Source: a candidate division TM6 bacterium GW2011_GWF2_28_16 (lineage in GTDB: Bacteria > Patescibacteriota > Microgenomatia > UBA1400 > PJMF01). Taken from it: a DNA stretch of 64,000 nucleotides. Position numbers and translations under genes: made by a program. Below are positions 9,774 to 20,052 of this stretch, in pieces. The stretch is from assembly GCA_001029715.1 (NCBI GenBank), contig CP011212.1, positions 530,173-594,172 on the forward strand, given 5' to 3'. The notes under the pieces were generated by a model that saw only the letters and a program-made list of their open reading frames with translations, did no database searches and was not told the DNA's origin. How positions within the stretch are numbered: the stretch's first letter is position 1; the number at the start of each line of letters is the position of its first letter.

Positions 9774-10088
9774 TTAAACAATCTTCAGAACTTTAACAGT
9801 GCTTTGGTACTGACGATGACCAATCACTTTTCTGTATCTGGATTTCGACTTGTATTTGGCAACACGAATTTTTTCGCCTTTTTGATTAGAAACGAGTTCA
9901 CAAGAAACCTTGGCTTTCTCGACTAGAGGCTGTCCAATTTTGCGATCTTGATCATTAACAACTAACAAAACGTCGGTGACTTCAAATTTCTCACCGGCTT
10001 CTCTACCTAGTTGATCTACCAAAAATTCATCGCCCTCTTGGACTTGAAATTGTTTACCTTGTAATTGAATGACTGCATACTTTGACAT
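9774..10088 (-). CDS. rplU: 50S ribosomal protein L21
   Basis: YAVIQLQGKQFQV...KSRYRKVIGHRQ. Confidence 0.97.
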   Translation of the reverse strand: MSKYAVIQLQGKQFQVQEGDEFLVDQLGREAGEKFEVTDVLLVVNDQDRKIGQPLVEKAKVSCELVSNQKGEKIRVAKYKSKSRYRKVIGHRQYQSTVKVLKIV

Positions 10089-10139
10089 AACGAACTTGAA
10101 TTATATCAGACTTATTGAAAAATAAAAATGGAAACACCT

Positions 10140-11234
10140 CTAATAAAAATTATAAATAGCTTTTTTCTTAAAATCAGTTGCAATCGACTGTGCAATGCCT
10201 AAAGCGAAGAACAGAGAAATAACACTACTTCCTCCATAAGAAAGAAGGGGAAGGGTAATACCAGTAATTGGTAAAATAGCCAAGTTCATACCTATATTAA
10301 TAAACGTTTGTACTAAAAACATCACAAACAAAACCAAGAGATAAATTTTCTCTGGAAAATTATTAACTTGATAAGCTAAATAAAGTAGAAAAAAGAGTAA
10401 AGAAAAATATAAAGCCAAAAGAAATGCAGCTCCTACAAAACCCCATTCTTCAGCAAAAGAAGCAAAAATAAAATCAGTTTGGCGCTCGGGTAAAAAGCGC
10501 AAATGAGATTGCACACCCTGACCAATCCCTCTTCCCCAAAATCTACCGCTTCCCACGGCAATCAGAGCCTGACGAGCATTATAGGCGCTACTACTTTCTT
10601 GATTTGTGAATTCTTGGCTGATTGTTGGCTCATTTAAATTTAAAAAACTGAGAATTCTATTTTTCTGATAATCTTTAAAAACTAAAAACCATAAAGACAT
10701 TAAAATCAAAAAAGCTCCTGAGATTAAAAATAAAACTTGCTTAAAATTTAATCGATTAAAAATTAGAAAAACTGAAAGCGCGCTAACAAAAACCAAAACC
10801 GTTCCAAAATCTGGTTCGAGCAAAATCAAAATCGCTGGCAAAGCAATAATTAGTAAAGTTTTAAACAGCAAAAACCAATCAAACTTTCTTTCACTAGCAA
10901 AAGAATTAAGCAAATATAAGGTAGTAATGGGAATTGCCAACTGTGATGGTTGAAATTTAAAACCGAAAGGCAAAACAATCCAAGCAGAAATTCCTCTAGT
11001 AATAGAGCCGTAAATCAGTAAAAAAAGTAGCGATAAGTTGAGTAGCAAATAAAGCCACTTGGATATTTTTAAATGAAAAGCGAAGGGTAATTTGTATGTA
11101 ACAAAAAAGACTAAAAAAGCTAAGCCAAAAGAAATAGCTTGCTTGTAAAGTAATTCTGGAACAATACTACGCAAAGTCGTCAACGATAAAACAGTAAAAA
11201 GAAAGAGTACTCCCAGCAAAAAATATTTGCGCAT
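10140..11234 (-). CDS. rodA: SEDS family peptidoglycan polymerase RodA
   Basis: FQPSQ, EPDFGT, LPERQTDFIF, TGITLPLLSYGGSS. Confidence 0.88.
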   Translation of the reverse strand: MRKYFLLGVLFLFTVLSLTTLRSIVPELLYKQAISFGLAFLVFFVTYKLPFAFHLKISKWLYLLLNLSLLFLLIYGSITRGISAWIVLPFGFKFQPSQLAIPITTLYLLNSFASERKFDWFLLFKTLLIIALPAILILLEPDFGTVLVFVSALSVFLIFNRLNFKQVLFLISGAFLILMSLWFLVFKDYQKNRILSFLNLNEPTISQEFTNQESSSAYNARQALIAVGSGRFWGRGIGQGVQSHLRFLPERQTDFIFASFAEEWGFVGAAFLLALYFSLLFFLLYLAYQVNNFPEKIYLLVLFVMFLVQTFINIGMNLAILPITGITLPLLSYGGSSVISLFFALGIAQSIATDFKKKAIYNFY

Positions 11235-11240
11235 AAGGAT

Positions 11241-14093
11241 TTATAAATTAAGTTTTGTTTCTTCGCCTTTTTTAATTTTAGTATTGGTCTTTTCTTCGAT
11301 TTCTTTTTGAAAAAACTCTGGCCAAGACGGCAACTCTACTTCAACAAGCTCATTCATATCTAATAAGGCTTCTTTGCGTAAATCCTGAATTTGACGAATC
11401 AGAGCCCGAGCTTCACCTTCAGCTATAAGTTCCGGTGTTAATTCAAAATCATAATCAACCATTAAATCGCCAGTTTGCTCTAGCCATTCTATTTTTTTGA
11501 CATTCAGCTCGAGTTTTAATACTTCCTCTAGTTCAGCTCTGTCAGAAATCTCTCCAAAACCACTCACTTTTAAACTTGCTAAAGGCTGACGAGCTTTAAC
11601 CTGCTTTTCTTTACGTAAAGCATGTGCCGCTTCTACAATTTTGCGAATTGAATCCATCGATCTTTCTAATTTTCGATCAAAGAATTGCTCCTTATATTCA
11701 GGGAATAACTCCAAATGAATTGAGCTCTCTTCATCAAACATACTGTGATGAACTAATTCAGCAAAAAATGGCACTATTGGGGCAACAACTTTAGCTAATT
11801 CATAAATCACAGTCGCAAAAACCTGACTAACTTCTTTATTATCAGTTGCTTTGATTCTTTCTCTGGAAAGACGCAAATACCAAGTTGATAACTCATCAAT
11901 GAAAGGTGCTAACAAGCGACTAGCTCTCATTACATCATAAGAATCTAAATATTGTCTCATTTCTTTGATCAGATTTTCTAAGCGACTCAAAATCCAACGA
12001 TCAAGTAAATTACTTGGCAACTTATCGGCACTGAGATCAAAAAAGCCAGCATCCTGATCAGCAAAACTCTTATAAAAAGCCAAAACATTCCACCAAATCA
12101 CAAAAACTCGGCGACGCAAATTGGAAACATCTGATTGCGAAAAATTAAGTGTTTCGGCTTTGACCGCGGGAGAAGACATTAAATAAAGACGAAGAGCATC
12201 AGCCCCATATTTATCCAAAATTGCTCCTGGCTCTGGATAATTTTTAAGACGCTTGCTCATTTTTTTACCATCTTCAGCCATAATTAAGCCAGTGCACATC
12301 ACATTTTTAAAAGCACCGTTTTCTTTCTCACTACCTAAAGTTAGAGCTGTAGCCAAAACATGCAAAGTATAAAACCAACCGCGAGTTTGATCCTGACCCT
12401 CAGAAATAAAATCAGCGGGGAAAGCATGCTCAAAAGCTTCTTTATTATCAAATGGATAATGTAATTCACCATAAGGCATTGAGCCAGACTCGAACCAACA
12501 ATCTAAAACCTCTGGAATATGACGATAAGTTTTGCCATCTTTTTTAATTTCAATCTTATCAACAATGTGCTTGTGCAAATCGCTAACCTTTTGACCAGAA
12601 AGTTTTTCTAATTCTTCAACCGAACCTACGCATAAAAAGTCACCCTCTTCGCTTTCCCAAATTGGTAAAGGCGTACCCCAATAACGATTACGGGAAATTG
12701 CCCAATCTCTAGCACCTTCAAGCCATTTGCCAAAGCGACCGTGCTTGATATGATCTGGCTGCCAATTAACCTTTTCATTATTGGCCAATAGCTGATCTTT
12801 GAAAGAACTCACTCTAACATACCAACTATCAGTAGCGTAATTAAGTAGAGGAGTGTCACAGCGCCAGCAATGTGGATAACTATGTTCGATTTTTTTCTTG
12901 GCAAAAAGTGTGCCATGAGCCGCTAAATACTTAATAATTTCAATGTCGGTAGCCTGAGGATTATCTTTTGCTTTGACTTCCATGTCTGCAAAATCAGTGA
13001 CTTCCTTAGTAAAACGGCCCTCCATGGTCACATGCTGCAAAAGCTCGATGCCCTCAGCTTTACCGATATTGTAATCATCTTCACCAAAAGCCGGAGCAAT
13101 ATGTACAACTCCAGTGCCTTCTTCTGTACTAACAAAGTCAGCAGCAACTATTCTAAAAGATTTGGCCCAATCAGCAAAATAAGAAAAAGGAGGAGTGTAA
13201 GTTAGACCAACTAATTCACTGCCTTTAAAACTTTGGCCAACTAATTCGAATTTTTTATCAGTCATGACTTCTTCTAGAAGTTCTTTGGCTAAAATAAACA
13301 GCCCTTCATGATCTTCAACTCTGACTAAAACATAATCCAAATCAGCTCCAACTGCCAAAAGAACATTGCCTGGCAACGTCCAAGGAGTAGTAGTCCAAGC
13401 AACCGCATAAATTTTTTCATCAGTTTCGACACCTAGTTTTACAGTAGCATCCTGCAATTCAAATTTAGCAAAAACAGAAATATCCTTGACATCTTTGTAA
13501 CCCTGGGTAACTTCAAAGTTTGAGAGCGGAGTTCCACAACGAGGACAGATGTGCATGGATTTATGACTTTTGTAGATCAAATCCTTTTTCCACAATTCAT
13601 TGAAAACCCACCACACGGTTTCCATGAATTCTTTATCCATAGTTTTATAAGCATGATCCATATCAATCCAACGTCCAATGCGACGAATGGTCTTCTTCCA
13701 TTCTTCTGCATAAGTTAAAACAGTTTGACGACAAGCTTCATTAAATTTATCTACTCCATAACCCTCAATATCTTTTTTACTATCAAGATTGAGTTCTTTT
13801 TCAATAATATTTTCGACAGGTAAACCGTGACAATCCCAACCCCAAACGCGACGAACTCTTTTGCCTAGCATAGTTTGATAACGGGGAATCAGATCCTTAA
13901 TCATTGACTGCATTAAATGACCATAATGAGGTAGACCAGTAGCAAAAGGAGGTCCATCATAAAAAGAGAAAGAATTATTTTCATCTCTTTGGTCAACTGA
14001 TTTTTGAAAGGTTTGATCCTTGTCCCAAAATTCTAGAATCTCTTGCTCGAGCTCTGGGAAATTTGGTACTTGTCTAAAATCTTTTATTTTCAT
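11241..14093 (-). CDS. ileS: Isoleucine--tRNA ligase, type 2 (eukaryote-like)
   Basis: GPPFATGLPHYGH, GWDCHGLP, WTTTPWT, SYPHCWRC, KMSKR. Confidence 0.97.
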   Translation of the reverse strand: MKIKDFRQVPNFPELEQEILEFWDKDQTFQKSVDQRDENNSFSFYDGPPFATGLPHYGHLMQSMIKDLIPRYQTMLGKRVRRVWGWDCHGLPVENIIEKELNLDSKKDIEGYGVDKFNEACRQTVLTYAEEWKKTIRRIGRWIDMDHAYKTMDKEFMETVWWVFNELWKKDLIYKSHKSMHICPRCGTPLSNFEVTQGYKDVKDISVFAKFELQDATVKLGVETDEKIYAVAWTTTPWTLPGNVLLAVGADLDYVLVRVEDHEGLFILAKELLEEVMTDKKFELVGQSFKGSELVGLTYTPPFSYFADWAKSFRIVAADFVSTEEGTGVVHIAPAFGEDDYNIGKAEGIELLQHVTMEGRFTKEVTDFADMEVKAKDNPQATDIEIIKYLAAHGTLFAKKKIEHSYPHCWRCDTPLLNYATDSWYVRVSSFKDQLLANNEKVNWQPDHIKHGRFGKWLEGARDWAISRNRYWGTPLPIWESEEGDFLCVGSVEELEKLSGQKVSDLHKHIVDKIEIKKDGKTYRHIPEVLDCWFESGSMPYGELHYPFDNKEAFEHAFPADFISEGQDQTRGWFYTLHVLATALTLGSEKENGAFKNVMCTGLIMAEDGKKMSKRLKNYPEPGAILDKYGADALRLYLMSSPAVKAETLNFSQSDVSNLRRRVFVIWWNVLAFYKSFADQDAGFFDLSADKLPSNLLDRWILSRLENLIKEMRQYLDSYDVMRASRLLAPFIDELSTWYLRLSRERIKATDNKEVSQVFATVIYELAKVVAPIVPFFAELVHHSMFDEESSIHLELFPEYKEQFFDRKLERSMDSIRKIVEAAHALRKEKQVKARQPLASLKVSGFGEISDRAELEEVLKLELNVKKIEWLEQTGDLMVDYDFELTPELIAEGEARALIRQIQDLRKEALLDMNELVEVELPSWPEFFQKEIEEKTNTKIKKGEETKLNL

Positions 14094-14132
14094 AGTTTCC
14101 TCGTTGCTTAATTCTAGTTTGTTTTAATTAAT

Positions 14133-14356
14133 AAAAAAAGCCTGCCTAAAAACGAAAAGATCGTTTCTAAGCAGGCTTATCTAATTCAAGATAAAGGTAC
14201 CAGCCGCTTTTTAGATTTGCCAATGTGCAAATCTTTACTTAATTTAGAGTGATTACGGACTCAGCCGATCTGATTTACTCACTTTTTTATTTCAATTTCA
14301 AAAAAGCTTTCTGCAGACACCTCGCCGTGGATAGCGGCTAAAAAGGTTTTGAATAC
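14133..14356 (-). promoter_or_regulatory. Ile T-box riboswitch, ultrashort stem I, transcriptional
   Basis: Stem I GCCG-CUAUCCA-CGGC (AUC at 14332-30); stem II with GAA/AGUA; IIA/B GAGU-CCGUAAUC-ACUC; stem III; UGGUACC bulge (14202-14196); terminator 14178-14133. Confidence 0.9.
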
Positions 14357-14362
14357 TAGGAA

Positions 14363-14391
14363 ATTATAGCACGGTTTTATCTATCTCTCAA
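14363..14391 (-). promoter_or_regulatory. Sigma70 promoter for T-box/ileS
   Basis: TTGAGA (14391-86), 17 bp, TGcTATAAT (14368-63). Confidence 0.8.
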
Positions 14392-15672
14392 AAAAGCTGG
14401 TACATCAAAATCAGCAAATTCATCGTCAGTCTCGACTTCTTCTTTTTTGTCGCTCTGATCGTCTCTTTTATGTTCATCTTTTTTCTTCAAATTGAAAAGG
14501 GCACTGCGCACAAATGGATTGCGACTTTCTTCCTCTTCTTCTTTCTTCGGTTTAGTAGGGATAATCTGAGGTTGAGTAAAACCACTTGGAGTACGATCAA
14601 TTTTTTCTTCTTCTTGATCTTCTTGTTTCTTGTAAACAGCGGTTGGACCAGTCATCTTGCGACGAGATTCTCTACCGTAAGCTCCAAACATTGCTCTTGG
14701 ACCAGAACCAGAGTAGCTATCGCCAAAACCAGTAGCGATCACACTAATTTTAATCTTGGAACCCATATTATCATCAATGGTGGCTCCAAAAATTATATTA
14801 GCATCTGGATCTGCACTATCAGCAATTACTGCTGAAGCATCAGAGATCTCGCTCATAGTCATATCTGGACCACCAGTAATATTATAAAGAATACCCTTAG
14901 CACCATCGATAGAAACTTCGAGTAGTGGAGAAGAAACAGCCATACGAGCAGCCACCACTGCGCGGTCTTCACCGGAAGCTTCACCAATACCCATTAATGC
15001 TGAGCCAGAATCAATCATGATCGTCTTCACATCAGCAAAATCAACATTAATCATGCCTGGAACAGTAATTAAATCGGAAATACCTTTGACCCCTTGACCA
15101 AGAACGTTGTCAGCTAAACGAAAAGCATCGATAAAAGTCATTTTTTTATCCACTACTTCAAGTAAACGCTGATTTGGAATCACAATTAAAGTGTCAACAG
15201 TATCGCCTAAAGCCTCAATGCCTTCATCAGCGGTCTGCATGCGACGAATACCCTCAAAAGCAAAAGGTTTGGTGACCACAGCCACCGTCAAGGCACCAGC
15301 TTCTTTGGCTATCTCGGCAACAATTGGAGCCGCACCAGTTCCAGTGCCACCACCCATGCCTGCAGTAATAAAAACCATATCAGTGTCGAAAAGCAAATCC
15401 TTGAGCTTTTCACGACTTTCTTCAGCTGCGGTACGACCCACTTCTGGATCTGCACCAGCTCCAAGTCCACGTGTGAAATTGCTACCAATCTGCATTTTAG
15501 TTTCTGCTTTAGAAACTAGAAGTGCTTGAGCATCTGTATTAACAGTGATAAATTCAACTCCATTGATCTGCTTGGAAAGAATCATTGAGTTTACTGCGTT
15601 ACCTCCTCCGCCACCGATACCGATAACTTTAATTTTAGCGAAAGTGGTATTTGAAGGTTTAACAAGTCCCAT
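14377..15672 (-). CDS. ftsZ: Cell division protein FtsZ
   Basis: [26 protein letters not shown]-terminal DVPAFLR. Confidence 0.99.
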   Translation of the reverse strand: MGLVKPSNTTFAKIKVIGIGGGGGNAVNSMILSKQINGVEFITVNTDAQALLVSKAETKMQIGSNFTRGLGAGADPEVGRTAAEESREKLKDLLFDTDMVFITAGMGGGTGTGAAPIVAEIAKEAGALTVAVVTKPFAFEGIRRMQTADEGIEALGDTVDTLIVIPNQRLLEVVDKKMTFIDAFRLADNVLGQGVKGISDLITVPGMINVDFADVKTIMIDSGSALMGIGEASGEDRAVVAARMAVSSPLLEVSIDGAKGILYNITGGPDMTMSEISDASAVIADSADPDANIIFGATIDDNMGSKIKISVIATGFGDSYSGSGPRAMFGAYGRESRRKMTGPTAVYKKQEDQEEEKIDRTPSGFTQPQIIPTKPKKEEEEESRNPFVRSALFNLKKKDEHKRDDQSDKKEEVETDDEFADFDVPAFLRDR

Positions 15673-15764
15673 ATTTTTGATCTTTCTTAAGATATCAAAC
15701 TACAACATAAATTAGCTGATTTTTGCCTAAAAGTAAACTGGCAATAATTGAATTAGCTTTTAAT

Positions 15765-17075
15765 TTAAGGCAAGATTGACTTGCTAGTTTTTTTAATTTT
15801 GTCAAAAAGCTTTTTAAATAAATCTTTTGGTAAAATAGCCTGCCAATTGAAATCTTCACTGACGCTGGTCACATTGCCTTGCTTGAGAGCAAAATCTAAC
15901 AGACCAACAGACACCGCAAAATTTGGTTTTTTAATATCTTCGGTCAAACCCTCAATGTCTTCTGGAAAGGCTAAACGCACAGGTAAATTACTAACTTTCT
16001 TGGCTACCTCTACTAATCCGGTAGTCATCGCTCCACCGCCTGTCAAAACTAAACCAGCTGGTACTTTATTTCCAGACAAAAGGTCAGCTCTATCTAATTC
16101 TTGCATCACTAAATTAAAAATTTCTCTAATTCTAGGCTCCATAATGCCACCTACCAATGTTTTTTTAGATAGGAAATCATTGTGAGCAATCCCAACTTTT
16201 TCTGGATCAACTGTATCTAATTTTCTTTTTCTTTTAGTAAAGTCAACCTTAGATTCTCCTGGGTTTGGTCTCAAATCATCAGGACCATTATCAGTCAGAT
16301 AAAGCTTAAGCTTTTCTGCATCATCCATTGGAATGCGACAACCTAAAGCGATGTCCTGAGTGATGTGTTTGGCGCCAATTGGTAAAACAGCTGAAAATTC
16401 CAGAGCTCCCTCAACATAAGCGGCCAAACTAGTTGTACCAGCTCCAATATCTATTAAAACTGCGCCTAGCTCTTTTTCTGTTTCAGTCAAAGCAATTTGT
16501 GAAGCGGCCAAGGCAGAAAAAACAAAAGCGTCAACTTTAACCCCCATATCGCTAATACATTTTTCCAAATTGCGCATCGCGGTAGTCAAACCAGTAATGA
16601 TATGTGCCTCTGCTTCTAAGCGCACTCCAGTCATGCCGACTGGATCTTTGATGCCTTCTTGAGAATCAACTTTGAAATCCTTAGGAATCACGTGAATAAT
16701 TTCTCGATCAGTTGGCATTGAAACAGCTCTGGCCGCTTCAATTACTCGATCAACATCACTTTGGATAATAGCTTGATCAGCGGCGGCTACAGCTACAACA
16801 CCTCTAGAATTTTTATATTTAATGTGTACTCCAGAAATTGAAACGACTGCGCTCTTAACACTAAACCCAGCCATGCGTTCTGCAGCGTCTAAACCCTGAC
16901 TTACGGTGTTTAGAACCTGCTCGAGATCAATAATCATACTGCGTTTCATTCCTCTTGATGGAACCACAGAAAAACCTAAAACCTGCAACTTCTCAGTTTC
17001 TGTTACTCGCGAAATGAGAGTGGTACACTTATCACTTCCTAAATCAATGGCTGCAATTATTTGTTCTTTACTCAT
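15765..17075 (-). CDS. ftsA: Cell division protein FtsA
   Basis: AIDLGS, PVGMTGVRLE, IDIGAGTT, VLTGGGA; precedes ftsZ. Confidence 0.97.
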   Translation of the reverse strand: MSKEQIIAAIDLGSDKCTTLISRVTETEKLQVLGFSVVPSRGMKRSMIIDLEQVLNTVSQGLDAAERMAGFSVKSAVVSISGVHIKYKNSRGVVAVAAADQAIIQSDVDRVIEAARAVSMPTDREIIHVIPKDFKVDSQEGIKDPVGMTGVRLEAEAHIITGLTTAMRNLEKCISDMGVKVDAFVFSALAASQIALTETEKELGAVLIDIGAGTTSLAAYVEGALEFSAVLPIGAKHITQDIALGCRIPMDDAEKLKLYLTDNGPDDLRPNPGESKVDFTKRKRKLDTVDPEKVGIAHNDFLSKKTLVGGIMEPRIREIFNLVMQELDRADLLSGNKVPAGLVLTGGGAMTTGLVEVAKKVSNLPVRLAFPEDIEGLTEDIKKPNFAVSVGLLDFALKQGNVTSVSEDFNWQAILPKDLFKKLFDKIKKTSKSILP

Positions 17076-17126
17076 ATCTTTCCCATATAGACTATACAAA
17101 ATTTTAAAGACAATGTCCATTAATGT

Positions 17127-17819
17127 CTACTCTTTTAACACTGGCAAGTTAAAGCGCATGTCGAGAATCTTTTTGCTAGGCAAAATATCCTTGAGCTCTT
17201 CTTCTTTCAAAACCAATGAAAGACGCTCCACCTGATAATCAAATTCTTTAGCGTCATCCATAATTACTTCAATTTCCTTAAGAAAAATGTGAATTTCTTG
17301 ATTGCTTTGCCAAACAATCTTATTTGTTTCAATTTCATACTTTTTCAATGCTTGGCTTAAAGAAAGAAATTTTTGATGATAATTTTCTTCTAAATAACCA
17401 TGCTCAATCAGAGAAGAATCTCCTAGAAATTCAATGCTTGGCAAAGAAAGACGATCTTGATCATTTTTAAGCTTATTGCCATGATTAAGTAGATAGCGCT
17501 CTTGTCCAATAACAAGTCTGTAGTCTGGTAATTTGGCTAAAAGAAATAAATCAACTTCTCCAGAAATATGCTTGTTAATTTTTTGATATTGATAAGCTTG
17601 TCCATATTGTTGATCTGTCATCAGTTCATCCCAAATTGCTTCATTTTCAAAATCAGTAAAAAACAAAGATTTGCCTTTAAAAAATTGGTTGAGCCTCTCA
17701 CAGACTCCACTTTCAAGCGAATTATCTTCTAAAACACAATCTACTGTTTTTAAAACAAAAATAAAACGAAATAACAAAAATAAGATTACGAAAAAAATGA
17801 CAAAACGTAAAATTTTCAC
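17127..17819 (-). CDS. Probable FtsQ/DivIB-like protein
   Basis: N-terminal TM, C-terminal LDMRF motif, position between murG and ftsA. Confidence 0.65.
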   Translation of the reverse strand: MKILRFVIFFVILFLLFRFIFVLKTVDCVLEDNSLESGVCERLNQFFKGKSLFFTDFENEAIWDELMTDQQYGQAYQYQKINKHISGEVDLFLLAKLPDYRLVIGQERYLLNHGNKLKNDQDRLSLPSIEFLGDSSLIEHGYLEENYHQKFLSLSQALKKYEIETNKIVWQSNQEIHIFLKEIEVIMDDAKEFDYQVERLSLVLKEEELKDILPSKKILDMRFNLPVLKE

Positions 17820-18946
17820 AAGCGTTTTTTTTCTTTATAAGCAATCAATAAAAGCTGATAAAGTTTGGCGCTAGCGTCTTGGTAAAATTGGTTTTTTGCC
17901 AAACTTGAACGCATTTCTTTATAGTTTTTTTCTAAATGAGAAACACCATCTAATAAAGTAGAAGCACTAACATATTTTTGCTCTAAAACCAAAGCCCCAT
18001 TATTTCTCTGCATCATTTCCGCATTGGCCATTTGCTCATTATGGTAGGCATTTGGCAATGGAATTAAAATCGCTGGTAAAGGTGCCAAAGACAATTCTAA
18101 AACGGCGTTCGCCCCTGACCTAGAAATGGCAAACTTAGCGTGCTGATAAATCCAAAATAAATCTTCCTCTTCAATCCATTCTTTGATGAAATATTTTTCT
18201 CTCAAATCTTTTGGCAGTTTTTGTTTTAATTCTTCGAGATCTTTAGACGAATTCTTAATTTTATTAGCTCGACCACACTGATGAACAATTGAATAATTTT
18301 CTAAGAGCTTTTCTAAGTTAGCTTTAATTAAATCATTAATGATAAAAGAACCTTGATTCCCGCCCATTACTAGCAAGATATTTTCTATTTTTTTAGGCAA
18401 CCAGTTCGGTTTTTTTAAATCTTTGGCAAACAATCTGAATCTAATTGGATTGCCAGTTAGAACAGTATCCTGTCTTTTTGTATATTGCTTAGTTTCTGGG
18501 TAGGAAATAGCCACCTTATCGGCAATGCTAGCAATAAATTGGTTGGCTTTGCCCATTACAATCGTTTGCTCATGAGTCACTACTGTAATTCCCAAACTTT
18601 TGGCAGCGATAGCAAATGGCACTGCTAAGTAAGAACCAAAAGAAAGAAAAAGATCAATTTTTTCTTCAAGCAAAATTCTTCTGGCCTTAGAAACTGTTTT
18701 AGGAAAAGCTAAAAAGCTAATAATTTTGGCCAAAAAAGAATAATTGACAAATTTAGAAGCAGAAAAAGGAATAAACTTTATTTGCCTTTTTTCTACCTCT
18801 TCTTTTTCTACAGATTTTTGAATAAGTTTCTCTTGACTATATAAACGACCTACAAAATAGATTTGATGTTCCTTATGATTGGTCTTGATAAAATCTATCA
18901 TCGCCAAAGCAGGAGTTAAATGGGCACCACTAATTAAAATTCTCAT
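17816..18946 (-). CDS. murG: MurG GlcNAc transferase
   Basis: GAHLTPA, HEQT, TGNPIR, MGGNQGS, SRSGAN, EQMANA. Confidence 0.93.
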   Translation of the reverse strand: MRILISGAHLTPALAMIDFIKTNHKEHQIYFVGRLYSQEKLIQKSVEKEEVEKRQIKFIPFSASKFVNYSFLAKIISFLAFPKTVSKARRILLEEKIDLFLSFGSYLAVPFAIAAKSLGITVVTHEQTIVMGKANQFIASIADKVAISYPETKQYTKRQDTVLTGNPIRFRLFAKDLKKPNWLPKKIENILLVMGGNQGSFIINDLIKANLEKLLENYSIVHQCGRANKIKNSSKDLEELKQKLPKDLREKYFIKEWIEEEDLFWIYQHAKFAISRSGANAVLELSLAPLPAILIPLPNAYHNEQMANAEMMQRNNGALVLEQKYVSASTLLDGVSHLEKNYKEMRSSLAKNQFYQDASAKLYQLLLIAYKEKKRL

Positions 18947-18962
18947 AATCTAATTAAAAAGT

Positions 18963-20036
18963 TTATTTTTTAATCTTAGCATGTGAGGCGATAGAGAGTA
19001 AAACCCCACTTGCAAAAAAAGACATTAGAAGTGATGAGCCACCTTGAGAAAAAAATGGTAAAGGCATACCACTTAGTGGCAACAAAACCACTACTGCTGA
19101 AAGATTAAAAATGAGTTGAATTGCCATCCAAGCTAAAATCCCGTAGTAAAGCAGATATTCATATTTATTAAGTGCTTTGTCTTTAACCATTAAATTAGCT
19201 AAAATAAAATAAAGCGCAAATAAAGAGATTATTAAAAAAGAGCCAATAAAACCAACTTCTTCAGCAACAATGGCAAAAATGGAGTCACTGCTGGCCTCTG
19301 GCACATAAGAATATTTCTGTTGAGAGTTGCCAATTCCTCTGCCAAACCAAGAACCACCACCTAAAGCTAGAGTAATTTGTCTAACATGATAAGAATCTCC
19401 TTGTACATTCTCACTCGGGTTTAAAAAAGTAGTTAAACGCTCTCTTCTGTAAGGACTAAGCAAAACCACTGCTAGAGCTAAGAAAAAACCAACTCCTAAA
19501 AGAATTGATAGCCATTTTATTTTTCCACCAGCTAAAAAATACATCACAATACTGGTGGCTACCAAAATCATCATCGAACCAAAATCTGGTTGTAGTAGAA
19601 CTATGACAATTGGCACAAAAAGAAAAAACAAAAAACTACTTAGATCTAATTTTTTAGACAAGAGATAAGCATAAAAATTAATCAAAACAAATTTAAAAAC
19701 CTCTACCGGTTGTAGGGTCCCAAAAGGCAAACTTATCCAACGACTAGCTCCGTTTAATTTAAGACCAATCCCAGGAATAAAAGTTAAAATGAGCAGGAAA
19801 ATTGCTAAAACATAAAAATGCAGAGCAAATTTTTTAAAAAAATTAATCTTAAGTTTGCTTGCTAAAAATAAAACTGCAAAAGACAAGATTAACCAAATTG
19901 CTTGCTGTTTAAAAAAATAATATTGATGCCCAAATAATTTAAAGCTCTCAACAGTTGATGCCTCAAAAACAAAAAAAAGACCAGTTAAAGAAAGAAGAGT
20001 AATTAGAATAAGAAAAAATTTAGAGGGCGTTTGCAT
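18963..20036 (-). CDS. ftsW: SEDS family protein FtsW
   Basis: NGASRWI, LQPDFG, PEASSDSIF, PFFSQGGSS; between mraY and murG. Confidence 0.92.
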   Translation of the reverse strand: MQTPSKFFLILITLLSLTGLFFVFEASTVESFKLFGHQYYFFKQQAIWLILSFAVLFLASKLKINFFKKFALHFYVLAIFLLILTFIPGIGLKLNGASRWISLPFGTLQPVEVFKFVLINFYAYLLSKKLDLSSFLFFLFVPIVIVLLQPDFGSMMILVATSIVMYFLAGGKIKWLSILLGVGFFLALAVVLLSPYRRERLTTFLNPSENVQGDSYHVRQITLALGGGSWFGRGIGNSQQKYSYVPEASSDSIFAIVAEEVGFIGSFLIISLFALYFILANLMVKDKALNKYEYLLYYGILAWMAIQLIFNLSAVVVLLPLSGMPLPFFSQGGSSLLMSFFASGVLLSIASHAKIKK

Positions 20037-20052
20037 GAATGTTTATTTAGGT

